A stretch of DNA of 63,993 nt, counting the filler, from Vannella sp. (Eukaryota), in the NCBI GenBank assembly GCA_023345925.1. It is 7 parts of 7 records of this genome, joined end to end, with 100 filler letters (N's around TTAATTAATTAA, not from the genome) between each part and the next. Parts side by side here need not be neighbours in the genome. Positions count along the whole stretch, not along the records: positions 17,557 to 31,849 come from JAJQQN010001374.1; positions 31,950 to 41,750 come from JAJQQN010000012.1; 5 more parts are not named here. One strand, given 5' to 3'. The notes under the pieces are model-generated. The model was given only the letters and a program-made list of their open reading frames with translations, was not told where the DNA came from and did no database searches. The translations under genes were made by a program, and so were the position numbers. This document shows positions 23,501 through 36,539 of the stretch, piece by piece (position 1 is the stretch's first letter; each line of letters opens with the position of its first letter).

Positions 23501-25976
23501 CGCCAAGATGGACGTTCTTAGCTCTACGTACGCCATTAATGGAGGTGACACCACCTACAAAGGCTCTTCAGTAGTCAATATCCGCGATTCCCTCTTCTTT
23601 GTCACAGCTGGAAACGTTATTGTCGAGGGAAGCAGCTTCGTTACCTTGAGCCAAAACTCGATCTATAGTGTCACTGGAGGTGATGTGAATTCTGCTGGTC
23701 TCTCCAGGTTGACTTTGACTGAAGGATCGTGCTTCAATCTCGAGGAGGGCTCTGTAAGTTATGGTGGTATCAGTACCATATCACTTTCTTCCTCTTGCTG
23801 GAACATTTCAGGAGGAAACGCTGTCCTTAGTAATAACGCACGCTACCTTCTTACTGATAAGAGTTCCTTGCACATCACCCGGGGCTCATTGTTTAGTCAG
23901 AATAGCGCTTCGCTATTTGCTGATAACTCAACCATCCTCATTGACGGCGGAAGCTTGACTGGACTAGATCAAAGTGTCCTTCGCTTCCAAAACCAAGCTG
24001 AGGTTGAGGTCAAGAGTGGAAACATCATCTTCACTGGTGAAGTATTGGCAACTGTAGACGCTTCCAGCTTCTCAGTGACTGGAGGATACGTCGAATTTGC
24101 CGGAAACGCAACTCTCACATGGAGCCAGTCCGACCTCCACATTCAGGAAGGAGACATGGTCGTCAAGGGTTCCTCTCTTGTGAACTTTGACGAGTCCTCT
24201 ATTCGAATCACTGGAGGCAGTCTTCGTTTCCTCGACCAAACAGCCGTCCAAGTAGCCGAAAGCAATGTGAGAGTGACAAACGGAAACATCAATTTCCAAG
24301 GCAAGTCTGAAGTGACATTCACTGGTGGGCGAACGGACATTCTGAAAGGGTACATGCAGTTTACAGAGCAAGCTTCTGCAGTCTTCCGCGGTTCTCCTGT
24401 TTACATTGCTGGTCAATTAGGTTGTCTTGGGAGTTCCAGTGCCCGCTTTGAGGCATCTGATGTGACGATTGACTCGGGAGATCTTTTTGTTAAAGATCAG
24501 TCCGCCCTTCACTTCCAGCAAGCTCAACTTCGCATTCACGGGGGCTCATTCCATTCCGAAGAGTCCGCTATCGTGTCTTTTGAAGACGCTCAGATCCTCC
24601 TCAAGCAAGGAGACATCTTCATCAACGACCAAGGGTCCTTTAGCATGCTGCGCTCTCGATTGGTAGTAGAAGGAGGCAACTTTGTGGCCTTCAATCCCTC
24701 TTCTCTCCGAAAGACTCTCACATTTACCGAATCAGACATCAGTGTCCTGAAAGGTCCATCTAGCGGTAATAGTGGCAACATGAAGATCCAAGAGAGCGTG
24801 GAAGTCGTCATGCGTTCCACTAACGCTATGATTGACGGAGATCTGATTTTGATTGGGTCTGCCCGTCTTGCTGTCCTCGAAGAGTCATCCTTTGTCATTG
24901 GAGAAGGCGTTGTCAAAATGGATGCCTTAGCGACTATTGAAGTGGAAGCAAATTCTGTGTTCCTGAATAAGGGCCATCTGACTGCTCCAGGCAGTATCCG
25001 AGCCCCTGCTGGCTCTTCACTGACAAACTCCGGAGTGATGGAAGCTGATCATGACTTGAACGCGAACTGCTTCTCTGACCTTTTGGACAGCCAAGCCCTC
25101 GAGAATATCGGATCTTTCCGTCTGGGCTCAGCCGGAAGAACCCGAGCGCTTCTTGCCTGTGTCGATTCGTTAGAGCACAGCGGGCTCTTGCAATTGTCGA
25201 ACGCAAATGTCACTTTCAATCGCGTTAGGACGACCTCCACTTCCACCACCACTTTGGGGCAATCCACCATTATCATGCCCCTCGGAGAGTCCTTTGGGAG
25301 CGAGGGTAGTCTGGGAGGGACTGGCTCTATCCTTGGAGGGTTCGTGAACAGCAATTCCGCAGTTCTGATGGCTCATGGCGAGGAAGGACCAACCCGTCTT
25401 CACGTCCAAGGCAACTTTAGCAACAGCGGAACCATGTTCTTCACTGTAAACTCTCGCAATAGCTCAGATCCCAACGCTATCAGCCAAGTATCTGCCGGAA
25501 ATGACGTTTCCCTCATTGGAGGGCGCGCGTGCGTCTGTTTCAACCCTGACGTGGTCTTCAAGAAGGGAGATAGCTTCGATCTAGTAACCTCCCAAACCAG
25601 TCTATTTGGCCGGTTCGATCAAGTCGAGTTCGACTGTCTGGAATGTCCTTTCCGATCAGCAAAGTCCGTCGCCTCTTACGATCGTTCTTGCAGGCCCGGG
25701 GCAAGCTACGGAGGAGTCAACTTTGCCATCATTCTCGGGGCATGTGGAAGTGGAAGTTACCTGGAGCGTATCTCCCCACCGTGGTACGTGGTCTTCCCCA
25801 CAGCCATTGGGATCATCTGCTTGCTCATCATCGTCCTTGGTGGCGGGCTCTTCCTCGACGAGCAAGTGCGCAAGAGAAGGTTCAATTCACAAATGCGACG
25901 TAAACGAAGCATCCTTCTCGAAAAGATCAAGAGAGAGGCATCTGATGCCGTTGCGGTGTCCGACAGAATGGCATAA
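17557..25976 (+). CDS. Giant (>2,790 aa, 5'-truncated) intronless parallel beta-helix surface protein with autotransporter-passenger-like C-terminal region, single TM helix and basic cytoplasmic tail
   Basis: Uninterrupted 8.4-kb ORF of ~21-25-aa Gly/Ser-rich repeats (xxVxGGxxxx); LGGTGSILGGFVN...LHVQGNF...GDSFDLV...GRF; TM WYVVFPTAIGIICLLIIVLGGGLFL followed by RKRR. Confidence 0.8.
18600..20450 (+). repeat. Three ~205-aa super-repeats within the beta-helix protein
   Basis: FSLKNDVV / FSIKDDTV / FSIKDDVV start at 18639, 19257 and 19872 (spacing 618 and 615 nt); each is followed by ...TP(F/L)TVxG...SPLxVQ...(S/F)AC. Confidence 0.85.
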
Positions 25977-25981
25977 AGTGG

Positions 25982-26005
25982 CCCTAAACCCTAAACCCTA
26001 AACCC
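25982..26005. repeat. Interstitial (CCCTAAA)3 telomeric-type repeat between convergent stop codons
   Basis: ccctaaaccctaaaccctaaaccc starts 6 nt after the stop at 25976. Confidence 0.85.
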
Positions 26006-26039
26006 ATCTCCTGAAAATGAAATAAACTTTATTTCCTGT

Positions 26040-29000
26040 TCATCCGTGGATTTGAATGCCCTTTTGGGGCCCTCTGGAGGTGCTGCTGCGAGCGTGGGGG
26101 TTTGGGTGATTGAGGGCCAAGAAGGTGTGAATGCCCCACGTGAATTGAGTTTGCTTGTCTGTGTCTGCCACCACTGTTCTGTCTTTGTAATGGACAATAA
26201 CGCACTTCCAATCCTCCATCGCTTCGACAGATAACTCCAAACGAAGGCGAATGCGTTCTCGGACCACTTGGAAAGGCTCATCCTTTCTCCAAAGACAGCG
26301 GAATGGTCTTCCAAATGGTCTAGGAGCCAGTAGGGCATCAGGGCCACCGTAAGCATGGGACACACAGAGCAGTCGGTCACCCTCTTGCTTGTCAGCTTCC
26401 TCAGGGCGAACTTCTTGGGCAACGAGAGTTCCCGTCAGTTTCGTGCTGGCGGGACATGACCTGGCAACAACGCGAGAGATTTTGCTTTCGACCACTTCAA
26501 ACAAGACAATTCCACGTTTCAGTTCCAATGGGGCCTTCTCCTCAATTTTCTTGCAAACCGAATCAAATCGCGCGTTCCGAGAGACAAGGATCTTCAAAGT
26601 CTGGTGCAGTTGAGTGTTTTGACTTTGCCACTCAACAAGGAGGAGTAGTTTTGTCTCCAACTCGTGCAAAGGCAAGTCCAGAACTTCATAGTAAAGGCAA
26701 GGTATCAATTCGTCCTGTTGGGTCGAGAGAAGATCTTCTAAAAGTACCTTGCGGTTTTCAGAGCGTATGATTGGGCGACTTTGAGGCCCGCTTCCGCTGG
26801 GAGAGAGGTGAGAAACGATTCAGCTTACTGCATCAGACTTCCTTACTTTGATCTGGTGAACCGAACACAACCTGGAAGGCATTCAAGCTTCTCACTCAGT
26901 GTCTCCTCCAAATCGCGATAACGCATTGCCTTTGAAAGCTCCAGGTTGAATGTTCCGTTCGATTGTTTGCCCTCGACTGACGCATCGAAAGTGTCATCAA
27001 TCTTCATCGCATGATCGTCCGAATCCTCCACGAAAGGATTTGGGAGCGGTTTGAAGGTGACAACGATCCGGTCACCAAAAAACTGATAAAAGTCCCGAGC
27101 AGGTGGATACCGCGATGGTTTCTGAGCGACTTCAAACACAATAATATCACCCGATTGAATATCAAGGTTGTTGAGCGTTGTGTGCGCTTCCAATGGTGCT
27201 AAGGTTTGGGGACTAATCTCTTCAAAGAGATTCAAGTCGAGAGATTGCCCAACGGGAAGCTTGAAGAAATGACGAAGAATAATCTCCTCGATGTCATCAC
27301 GCACTAACTGGCAAGAGCAGATGTGAGAGTCGATAAGCTCCACTTTCTGTTCAATCGCGTCAAAGTACTTGAAGAACAAAGTTAAGTTCTTCTTATGAGC
27401 GTTAGCTGTGTGGAACACCCGAGAATTTGCTTGTTGGAGAGTGAGTACCTCCAAGTAGATTTGCCAATTACTCTTTCCCTTGCTCGCCATCTTCAAAGTG
27501 ATGTGGTCTTGGTCAGGGAGGAAGGGTCTCTGCAATCGGAAAGTGTCATTTTGCCTATCAATCCATTGCCAAATACGGAGCTGCGCCAGCGGTAAGTCAT
27601 AAAGCTCAGCTGCGGTTTTCTTGAAGTGCGCGAGTGTTGCATCGCGCCTCATTCGAATGGATCGATAAGGAGCAGGACCTTCAGCTTGGAATCCGAACAG
27701 ATCAAAAGAAGGGGTCTGAGGATAACGTTGAAGGTCCTCTAAAGTGGCGATATCAACATTCAAGTACTTTTTCTCCTCGCGCTTTGCCCTTCGAACGGCA
27801 GATAGGACTTTGGCCTCTTCGTCAAAGCGTTCCTTCAAGTGAGCAGGAATAGTCAAAGTGCCTGGCTCCAGTAGGATATCAGAAACACAAGACTCTCGGA
27901 TGTACACAAGAAGATACGCGTTCGCGCTCGAGTTTGTCCCTCCATAGTTGGCTTCAATAGCGTCCTTACTCTGAACCATACTGACCATGTCGTCGTCGAA
28001 GCGGAACCATTGGGAGGCCTCGCGAGGCCGAAGGAAAGAGTAATAGTGTCCTGCGTTGACGCTGCCGTTATGCACTAACACACTGAAGAGTTTGTAGGTG
28101 CATGAGGACCCACCAGCATCCTCGCTAGAGAATGGAGAGAGATCCAGTTCTGCGGGATACTGATACTTATCATTGATCTACACAAAATAGTGAGCTTAAG
28201 TCTCTTTCCACCCATCAAGCTGACCTTTGTCATTCCCTCTGTGGCGTAATCGAACTCGAAGCGCTTCAGATGAATAAACAGAACAGGTGGGAAGACCAGG
28301 AAGCGGATGCCCTTCTCGGCCCGCTGAAGTCCATGACCTTCCGCCATGTACTTGTTGTCTCCATCCATCACTTCGACCTCCAAATACTGTTTAAATGAAT
28401 CCTCTAAGCTTGCACACCCTCTAACATTCAAGGAAATGTCTTTTGAGAGGTCAACAGCAACTCAAAAGGCTCTAGAGACAGTTACGAACCATAAAACTCC
28501 TCTTTCCGTTGGCTCTTGAAGTCCAATTCGGTGCAATTGATGAAAGAAAGAGACACGCCTTTGAAGAGATCTCCAATAATGTTCCCAGTCCCACTAGCCT
28601 TCATCTTTTCCTCCAAATTGTCGCAAAGCACGCGATTCAGCTCTTGAACGTCGTGTTGGGTGAAGGATTCAGAGTCCTCCCACCCAAACGACTGAGTCAA
28701 CTCCAAAGTCTTCACGCTCCTGCTTCCAAATTCAAGATTGAAGAAGAGCCTTTGAAGCGCCAAGCAGATGGGCGCCTTCTGAGCACTTAGGTCGTCGTCC
28801 GTTGGCAAAGAATAGACAGCCTGGCGGAATGCGCCGATGTGGAAGAGAGTCTGAAGCAGCGAGTTCATGTAACACGTAGCGCCTTGGTTCTTCAGCCCCA
28901 CATAACCTGTCTCCTGCTTGGACTCATCGCACGACGAATCAGCAGCGTCTTCCTCCGGCTCAGTTCCTTCCTCGATAGTAACTGCGAACTCCAAAGCGTC

Positions 29001-29479
29001 ACGGACGCCTTCTACTTCCTTAGTATAGGACTGGAGCTCTTCAAACGTCGCAATCTGCTCAAAGCCCCAATCATCCACCTTGGTAGTGAACCGGAACTGT
29101 GTTTCTAGGACCAGTGAGTGAACACTCAAAGGATCAAGGCGCAAACGAACCAAGGAAGATGTTCTCCACCGGATCAGAGGGATGGACGAGCGTGATGTGA
29201 AGGGCAGCGCACACTCCAGACGCAGGGAGGCTTTTAGAGTCCTCCACACAGACGAAGAGAGAGTATAGCTCAGCCGATCGGTTGCATTTGACGTGCCTGA
29301 AAAGGAATGAGGACTCCCAGTGCCAACAAGGAAGAGAACGGAAGAACGAACCACGAGCGGCCCAGCGCCTCAAAGCTCTCACTACGAAACGAGGAAGATC
29401 CAAAGGACACCTTGAAACAGATTCCACCAAAAGCTGATGGCGTGACATCTGATGGCCGGCGCCTTTCTCTCGTCCTCAT
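26040..29479 (-). CDS. USP7: Ubiquitin-specific protease 7 family (MATH + USP catalytic + UBL domains); multi-exon
   Basis: MATH DWGF; Cys box GLKNQGATCYMNSLLQ; QHDVQE; His box VHNGSVNAGHYY; WFRFDD; C-terminal activating-type tail KGIQIHG. Confidence 0.93.
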
Positions 29480-29673
29480 GAAAGGCCACCAGGAGAGGAA
29501 CCAAGCCAAGATGGACTAAAAAGTGTCCCAACTGCCAAACCCTTTACTCAACAGAATTGTCCTTTGAATCATCATCTAATTACTTTATACCGGCTTTATG
29601 GCAGAGGACAAGGAAAGTTAGTGAAATGAATTTTTCCAAGAAAAGCGATTTTGTTGTGGCATTCTTTCTTGAG

Positions 29674-31849
29674 ATGTTGCGGGGTGCTGCAGCAAGAGTG
29701 GCGTCTCGGCAAGTTCCCTTGATCGCTGTGCGGTGTTGTGGGTCATTTGAGCCGTTGGATCGCTTCTCCTTGCCGGAACGGCAGTGGGACGTGACGAGGC
29801 TTCGCCATGTTGTCACTGGAGCTGAGGTTCTTCATGTCAAGTGTCCTGACCCAGAGAATACCTTTGGTGTGATCTTTCGAACGCACCCGGATAGTACAGG
29901 AGTCGCCCATATCCTCGAACACACCACTTTATGTGGGTCCGAGCGCTTCCCCGTCCGTGATCCTTTTTTCAACATGCTCAAGCGCTCGCTTAACACTTAC
30001 ATGAATGCTTGGACTGGTAAGTCATCACCAGGGATCCAATGAAGCTAACGAGAACTGGCAGGATCGGACTGGACGGCTTATCCTTTCTCCACGCAGAACC
30101 CGAAGGACTTCCGCAACCTCCTTGAGGTCTATCTCGATGCCACCTTCTTCCCTCGCCTCAACAAGCTTGACTTCTTGCAAGAAGGCCACCGCCTCGAGCT
30201 GGAAGATCCTGAGAAGCCAGCAACGTCTCCTGTGCTTCTCAAGGGCGTTGTGTACAACGAGATGAAAGGGGCGAACAGCAGTCCAGACCGCCAGATCCAA
30301 CAGCGGTTGCATCATGAGCTCTTCCCTCCTAACGTGACCTATCACTACGACTCTGGCGGGGACCCCGCTTGTATTCCTTCCCTGACGTACGATGCCCTCA
30401 GGTCTTTCCAGAAAGCCAACTATCACCCAAGCAACGCTCGTTTCTACATCTACGGGGACATGCCCCTGCAGCCCACACTGGATTACATCGAGGAGGCGGT
30501 GCTCAATCGATTCCAGCCCACTTCCCCGACCCCTCCTGTCCCTAAGATTGAGAGAGCAACCTCCTCAAGACTTGTTGAGGCCACCTACGCTCCCCTTCCA
30601 GGAGTTCCTCTTGAGTCAGCCAACAGTGAGTGATCACACTCCCTTTCCCACTGACTCTCTCGTTGCTCTTCTCATTTACTGACCCATATCTGCAGCTGCT
30701 TTGGTATCATATCTTACCAATGATGTCTCTGACGTTCACGAGAGCTTCGCTTTGGAGATTCTTTCGTCGCTTCTCCTGAAAGGCTCTTCGTCTCCGTTTT
30801 ACCAAGCTCGCATGGCCTCCGTGCCTGGCGGACTTGGTCAGGACTATTCCGTGGGAACAGGATACGATGATAGTACTACGGAGGCCACATTCGGGTTTGG
30901 GCTTCAGGGTCTCACTGAAGAGCAGATTCCAAAGACTTTTGAGTTGATCCAAGCAACTTTAGAAGCAGCAGCTCGTGAAGGCTTCCCACCCTCGCGGATC
31001 GAAGCAGTTCTACATTCAGTAGAGCTCGGGAAGCGTGAGACTCCCAGCAACATGGGACTTAGTCTCTTCGGGATGTTAACTTCCGTTTGGTCGCAAAACG
31101 TGGACCTCCACAAGTTCATGAACCTCGACGCTCTCGTCACTTCTTTCCGCCAATCTCTGGTAGAAGATCCTCAATTCCTGCAGAAGAAGGTTTCCAAGTA
31201 CTTTTTGGAGAACCAGGTGTGCTGGATTACCCTTCTCTCTCCTCATTGTGTTCTAACTCCAATCTAGCACTCAGTCAGGTTGATCTTCCGCCCTGATCCT
31301 GACTTCTCTGTGAAGCGAGACCAAGAGGAAGCGGTAATGCTCGACAAAATGGAAAAAGCCCTGGGCCCAGAAGATCGAGAACGGATTGCACAAGAGCAGA
31401 TCGCCTTGGAGGAACATCAAGCCCAAGAACAAGATCCCGACCTTCTTCCTCGGATGACTTTAGCTGATGTCAGCCCCAATGCCCCTCCTCCAGCACCTCT
31501 TCTGTTTCGCCCAGCACGTGCAGGAATGGTACCTGTCCAATACTCTCCGCAGCCAACCTCTGAATTGGCCTATGTCCGAGGGTTTGCAGGATTGGACTCT
31601 CTACCAAAGGAACTCCAAAGTTATCTTCCAATCTTTGCAAGTACTTTTGGCGCGATGGGAACCTCCCAATACTCCTATGGTGAGCTCTCGCATCGAATTC
31701 AGAACTTTACTGGAGGGTTATCCTCGTCTTGGGTGGTTCACAACCATTTTTCAAAGGAGGACGCACCCTCCAGTACAGTTCTGAATTCGATGCGAGAGCT
31801 CACCATAGGAGTATTGGGAGGTTCCCATCGCGCCAAAAGTACTTGCAAA
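29674..31849 (+). CDS. PITRM1: Mitochondrial presequence protease (M16C), 3'-truncated
   Basis: Inverted zincin HILEHT, RDPFFNMLKRSLNTYMNAWT, KGVVYNEMKG, YHPSNA; Arg-rich presequence MLRGAAARVASR. Confidence 0.93.
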
Positions 31850-31958
31850 NNNNNNNNNNNNNNNNNNNNNNNNNNNNNNNNNNNNNNNNNNNNTTAATTA
31901 ATTAANNNNNNNNNNNNNNNNNNNNNNNNNNNNNNNNNNNNNNNNNNNNAAAAAAGAC

Positions 31959-32094
31959 ATTTTTATGTCGGAAGTTGAAAACTTTTTCATGTGACACATG
32001 AAAATGAAATCCAAGATCTGTCTTAAATTTTGTTGAGACAAAATTCGCTCCAACTTCTCCATTTTTATGTCGGAAGTTCGAAAGTTTTTCATGT
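31959..32094. repeat. Pair of ~34-bp direct repeats (ATTTTTATGTCGGAAGTT..AA..TTTTTCATGT) in AT-rich noncoding DNA
   Basis: Copies start at 31959 and 32061. Confidence 0.7.
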
Positions 32095-32279
32095 TTCCTT
32101 TCATGTTTAAGCAAAAAACAGTTGATTTGAAGAAGTCAAGAAAGTTTCCAATTCTACTGAGGTCCCGGGGAAAACTTGATTTCAACACCAAGTTTAACGA
32201 AAAAAGATTTATCTCGGGAGGCCAACGTCATTTGAGCGAGTAAGCGTTCTCCACCTTCTTTCCCCATGAGATCCAAACC

Positions 32280-33500
32280 ACCATCTAAGTTCTCTGAATC
32301 TGTTTACTCAGTGACCCCGCCAATCCCAAATTCTGCCTCGGAGGCTTTGAAAGACCCCAGGTAGAAGACGGCTATGGACAACGATTGACGAATATCAACT
32401 TGAAAAACCAGTGTATGTTCACCCTCTAATTGGGTCGTGTGATAATTTGAAGCTCGTTTGGTAACTTAGGAAGTCACTTTATGGACTAAGGCAATCCCCC
32501 AGAACGTGGGATGTGACCCTTCCGGAGCATTTGAAGACGTTTGGCTTAGCACAACTTTGCAAGCTGACAATTTGAAGACCATCATGTATCTGGTCCCGTC
32601 ATCTCCTGTTGGTGAGAATGGGCCAATAACATCCATGCTGACAACCTGGCCAGTTACCGTTGCTTGACTGTCGATAGTTGACTAAGGAAGGGGCTTCTGC
32701 CTACTATTAGACAAGCTGCAGACCTCGCACACACAATCAACTTGATGCTGAAGGTCTCGAAGCATCTTGATGCTCTGGTGACCAAACCTTTGATGAAGAA
32801 GGCTTGTGGTAGTGACAGCAAGAGACTTGTTGAAGTCCAGGGTGTTGTCTACCATCAGAGGAACAACTGTACCATTGGGTAAGTGCAGAGATGGCAACTT
32901 CCCACTGTTGCTGTAGCTTATGTGGTATGCTTGGCCGAACGGAGAGCTGATCGCCATTTATGTGGTCGAACAAATTTTCGCAAACTTGCGGAAGAAGTTC
33001 AAAACCAAGAATCTTGCTCCTGTCAAGCATCTCCTTTGTATGGAATTCACTAGAGATCGACCCCAGAAGAGACTCTTCGTCTCTCAAAGTGCTTACGTTT
33101 CTGAGATTCTGTACGTTTTCAATCTTGAAAATTGTGTTCAAAGTGTTTCTCCGTCTGACTAGTCGATTATACTGTCGGAAACTGATTCCCTCAGACTGAG
33201 GAAGAAAAGAGTGCAATGGCCAATGTTTCCTATCACAAAGCGGTTAGCAAAAATGCTCAACTGGCCATGATGACCAGACCCCTCCTCATCTTCATCCTGG
33301 TGTCGAGAGGGACGCTTCACTTTTCTTTCCGCATGAAGGCCCTTTATTTCAGTAGCGGTTTTCACTAGCGAGACGTTGGAAGGGATAATAGCGTTGAGTG
33401 AGGACGTACCTGAAGGTGTGGTTCGAGTGTTGGAGTAGCGGAGAACCTCAACTTCCTCGGTCATGAAAAAATGATGAGCTCCTTCACCGAAAGGAGGTTT
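32280..33500. mobile_element. Scrambled Ty1/copia fragments in alternating orientation
   Basis: + strand RT entry (PNSASEALKDPR*KTAMD, ~32320); - strand GAG-pre-integrase LLHQRFGH...CEVC then SMDVIGP (~32600-32920); + strand RT middle (KFKTKNL...LFVSQSAY, 32920-33250). Confidence 0.75.
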
Positions 33501-33649
33501 CGATCACTCTTTGGACTTGGAGAAGAGGAAGGGGGTAAGATCATCGGTGTCAGGGGGCTTGCTTTGCTTCTTGTGACGAGGAGACGTGGTCTAAACGTAC
33601 CAAGGAGACTGTTCTCCTCTGAGATGAGGTGCTCCCGGATGTAAGTCTT

Positions 33650-36537
33650 TCGTTCGGACAAATAAAGCTCTGAATGATCGTAGCTTGACTGGGATCTCTA
33701 GCCCATCCTGCATCGTTGACGGATCCGACGTACCCATCTGGGAGGAAGATGAACACGCGTTGGTTGAAACGCGCTTGGACAAGTAATAATAGTAAAATGG
33801 CAGAGTCCAAGGTTGCCTGTGCCTATCTATCAGCGACAACCAATTATTCTACATAATGGAGCTTGGCTCTGCCAAGGCCAGTTGGATTACCTTGCGACAG
33901 CGGCTAGGCCAAAAAGCGATTTATAACAGATATGCTTTGCGCCTACAGCTGTACACGGAGCGTATGGGATCTGAATCGGTTACAGTCTTTATGTCGAGTA
34001 CACGAGAGCTTGTTGAGCCTACGCAAGGCTGGTCACAAGATGCGATTCAGTTCGGTCATCGCGATGCGGAGAGATGATTCATTCGGATATCTGTGGTCCA
34101 ATTACTCCCCAATCTATGGGTGGAAGTTGCTATGTTCTATCATTTATTGATGACTTCTCTCGATATTCTTACGCCATTCTGCTCCAACACAAATCAAAAA
34201 TTGTGCGCAATGATTCTGAAGTCACCACGGTGTTCGAGTCATGAAACCTGTCAGTGACAATGGAGGAGAATTCAAAAGTCGACGTTTTGAGTCCTTTTGT
34301 GGCGAGGTTGGAATATTAACTCAGGTATATACTGTCCCAGACACGCCTCAACTTAATGGAATTGCCGAGCGCTTTAATCAGACCTTGTTTACAAAAGTGA
34401 GAGCTATGATGCTCACTGCTACCTTCCAACTTGTGGGGAGTGTCACAGCTACCAACCACTTGCGATGCATTCTCGAGGAATTTGGTACCAACTCAGAAAT
34501 ATCTGCCAAAAGCTGAAAAGCTGACTCACACAGGAGTGAACGAAGAAATGACTGGTTATCATCTAGTTGACTTAAGACCCAGAAAGTCTTTGTGAGACGT
34601 GGTGTGAAGTTCTTTGAGAACTCGTTCAGTTTCGAGACTACTGCTCAGAAAGACAAGTTCTTCCGAAACATGCCCAAAATCAATCTCGAAGACTGTGATT
34701 ACCATCTAGGCGATGGCCATCAAGTAATGATCATTTTGATCAGAAATTGGTTCCTGATGTCCAAGTAGATAACCTCATGGAGGTTGAAAATACTGTTGAC
34801 AATCTACTTGATTTTGAAGACCTTGTTCTTCAAGAAACCCAGAGAAGGTCATCCCGAAACGCTCCCGCAGTGGACGGAGTAACAGTAGAAGGATGAATTC
34901 AGGACGAGCCTCTATGGCTGATTTTCTGGATGAAGCTGACCCTGAGACTTACGCTCAAGAACTCGCCCCATTGTGCAGAATGGTTGGTTGCGATGGATCT
35001 TGAAATCCAGTCACTGGCTGAAACAAATTGCCGAACTACCCCTGGATCTAAGGCGATGAGAGGAAAATGGGCTTCAAAACTAAGCTCAAATCTGACGGTA
35101 CTGTTGAACGGCGAAAAGCTAGGCTGGTTGCACTTGGGTATCAACAAGTACAAGGAATTGATTTCCATGACACTTTTGCTCCCGTCGTCCGTTTTGACAC
35201 TACTCTTGCAATCTTATCAATTTCCCACTCACGGAAATATCAAGTCCATCAAATGGATGTTGTCACTGTCCTTTATGGCGACCTTGAGGAGGAGATTTAC
35301 ATGAGAGTCCCTGAAGATGTCTCCGCTGAGCACGGAAAAATGTGGCGTTGGCGAAAATCACTTTATGGTCTGCGACAGAGTCCCCGTCAGTGGAACTTGA
35401 AATTGGTGTCATCGCTTTCAGCTTTGGCTTTGAAGCCTCCAAGTATGATCCTTGCCTCTATTTGAAGAAGGATGTTGAGCTGTGTATGTTGATTGATGAT
35501 TTGTAAATCTGTGGTACTGATATTGCGCTAATCTCGGAGGTGAAGAAGGATCTCTCTGAGCAATTTAAGTTGAAAGATCTTGGCATTGTTTCGTTCTTCC
35601 TGGGTGTGTCGATCTCCCACAACAAAGACGAAATGTTCCTCCATCAGGAGAAGTACGCAAGGAGAGTTTTGGTGACTTATGATTTGTCTCCTGAGAATTG
35701 TTGGACTTGCAGTATTCCTATGGATCCTGGTATTTACAAGGATTTGTTCAATTCTGATTCACCGTTAATGGACGCGACTGTTTACCGACGTGCCATTGGA
35801 CAACTAATGCATTTAGCTGTGCGAACGCGCCAAATCAGGCGGTCTCCAAGTTGTCTCGGTTCTTGTCGGAACCCAGAGAGATACACTGGAGGCACTGGTG
35901 AGGAGTCTCAGATCGGTTATGCCGATGCTGATTGGGCTGGTCGCCCGAAAACCAGGAGGTCGACATCAGGATTTATTGTGACACTCGCTGGCGCACCAAT
36001 TGATTGGAAGTCTTCGCTGCAGGGCCTGACTGCTCTTTCAACAATGCAGGCGGAATAAGTTGCTTGTGCCTGCATTGTTGAAAGGATATTCTCTGGTTGA
36101 GAGGACTCCTGGGGGAGATCGGAGTTTTACTCGAGGGGCCGACTATTATCTACGAAGATAATCAGTCATGCATCGCCTTCTCAGAATCCCCAGCTGGCAC
36201 TGTGAAATTGGTTTATGTTCAGAGTTCTATTCAAAGAGCTGACATGTTGACAAAGCCTCTGCCAAGACAAGCTTTTGAGCGTTGCTTGGATCTAACCTTC
36301 CATCGGGTTTTAGGGACAGGAGGAGTGATGAAAGTATCCCAACACCCGTTTCCAGGAAGAGGAAGCTCGAAGCTTCCAAGGACACTAATTGATTGGGTGA
36401 TAAATAATCATCCGATCAATGAGAGGGTTCCTGCAAAGGAGCAATTCCTGCCCTTTTATCAACACTCACTATTTCACTCATCTTCCTTCCTGAAAGTCTC
36501 CAACAGTTTATCACCTTTGTCTTTGTCTGTCATAACA
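33650..36537 (+). mobile_element. Degenerate Ty1/copia LTR retrotransposon (gag, integrase, RT, RNase H, PPT, probable 3' LTR)
   Basis: gag RYALRLQLY; integrase SDICGP, FIDDFSR, SDNGGEF, PQLNGIAER; RT KARLVALG, HQMDV, KSLYGLRQSPRQW; RNase H YADADWAG, IYEDNQ, QRADMLTKPL; purine tract GGGACAGGAGGAG followed by TG at 36326; many frameshifts and stops. Confidence 0.92.
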
Positions 36538-36539
36538 TA

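Noticed and set aside
17501..25900. Many antisense ORFs over the giant repeat gene
   Set aside because: Shadow frames caused by repetitive codon usage; no independent motifs
25982..26005. True chromosome end or telomere
   Set aside because: Only three units, internal, with intact genes on both sides
31959..32094. Possible CRISPR repeat-spacer unit
   Set aside because: Only two imperfect copies, a ~68-bp spacer and a eukaryotic TE context
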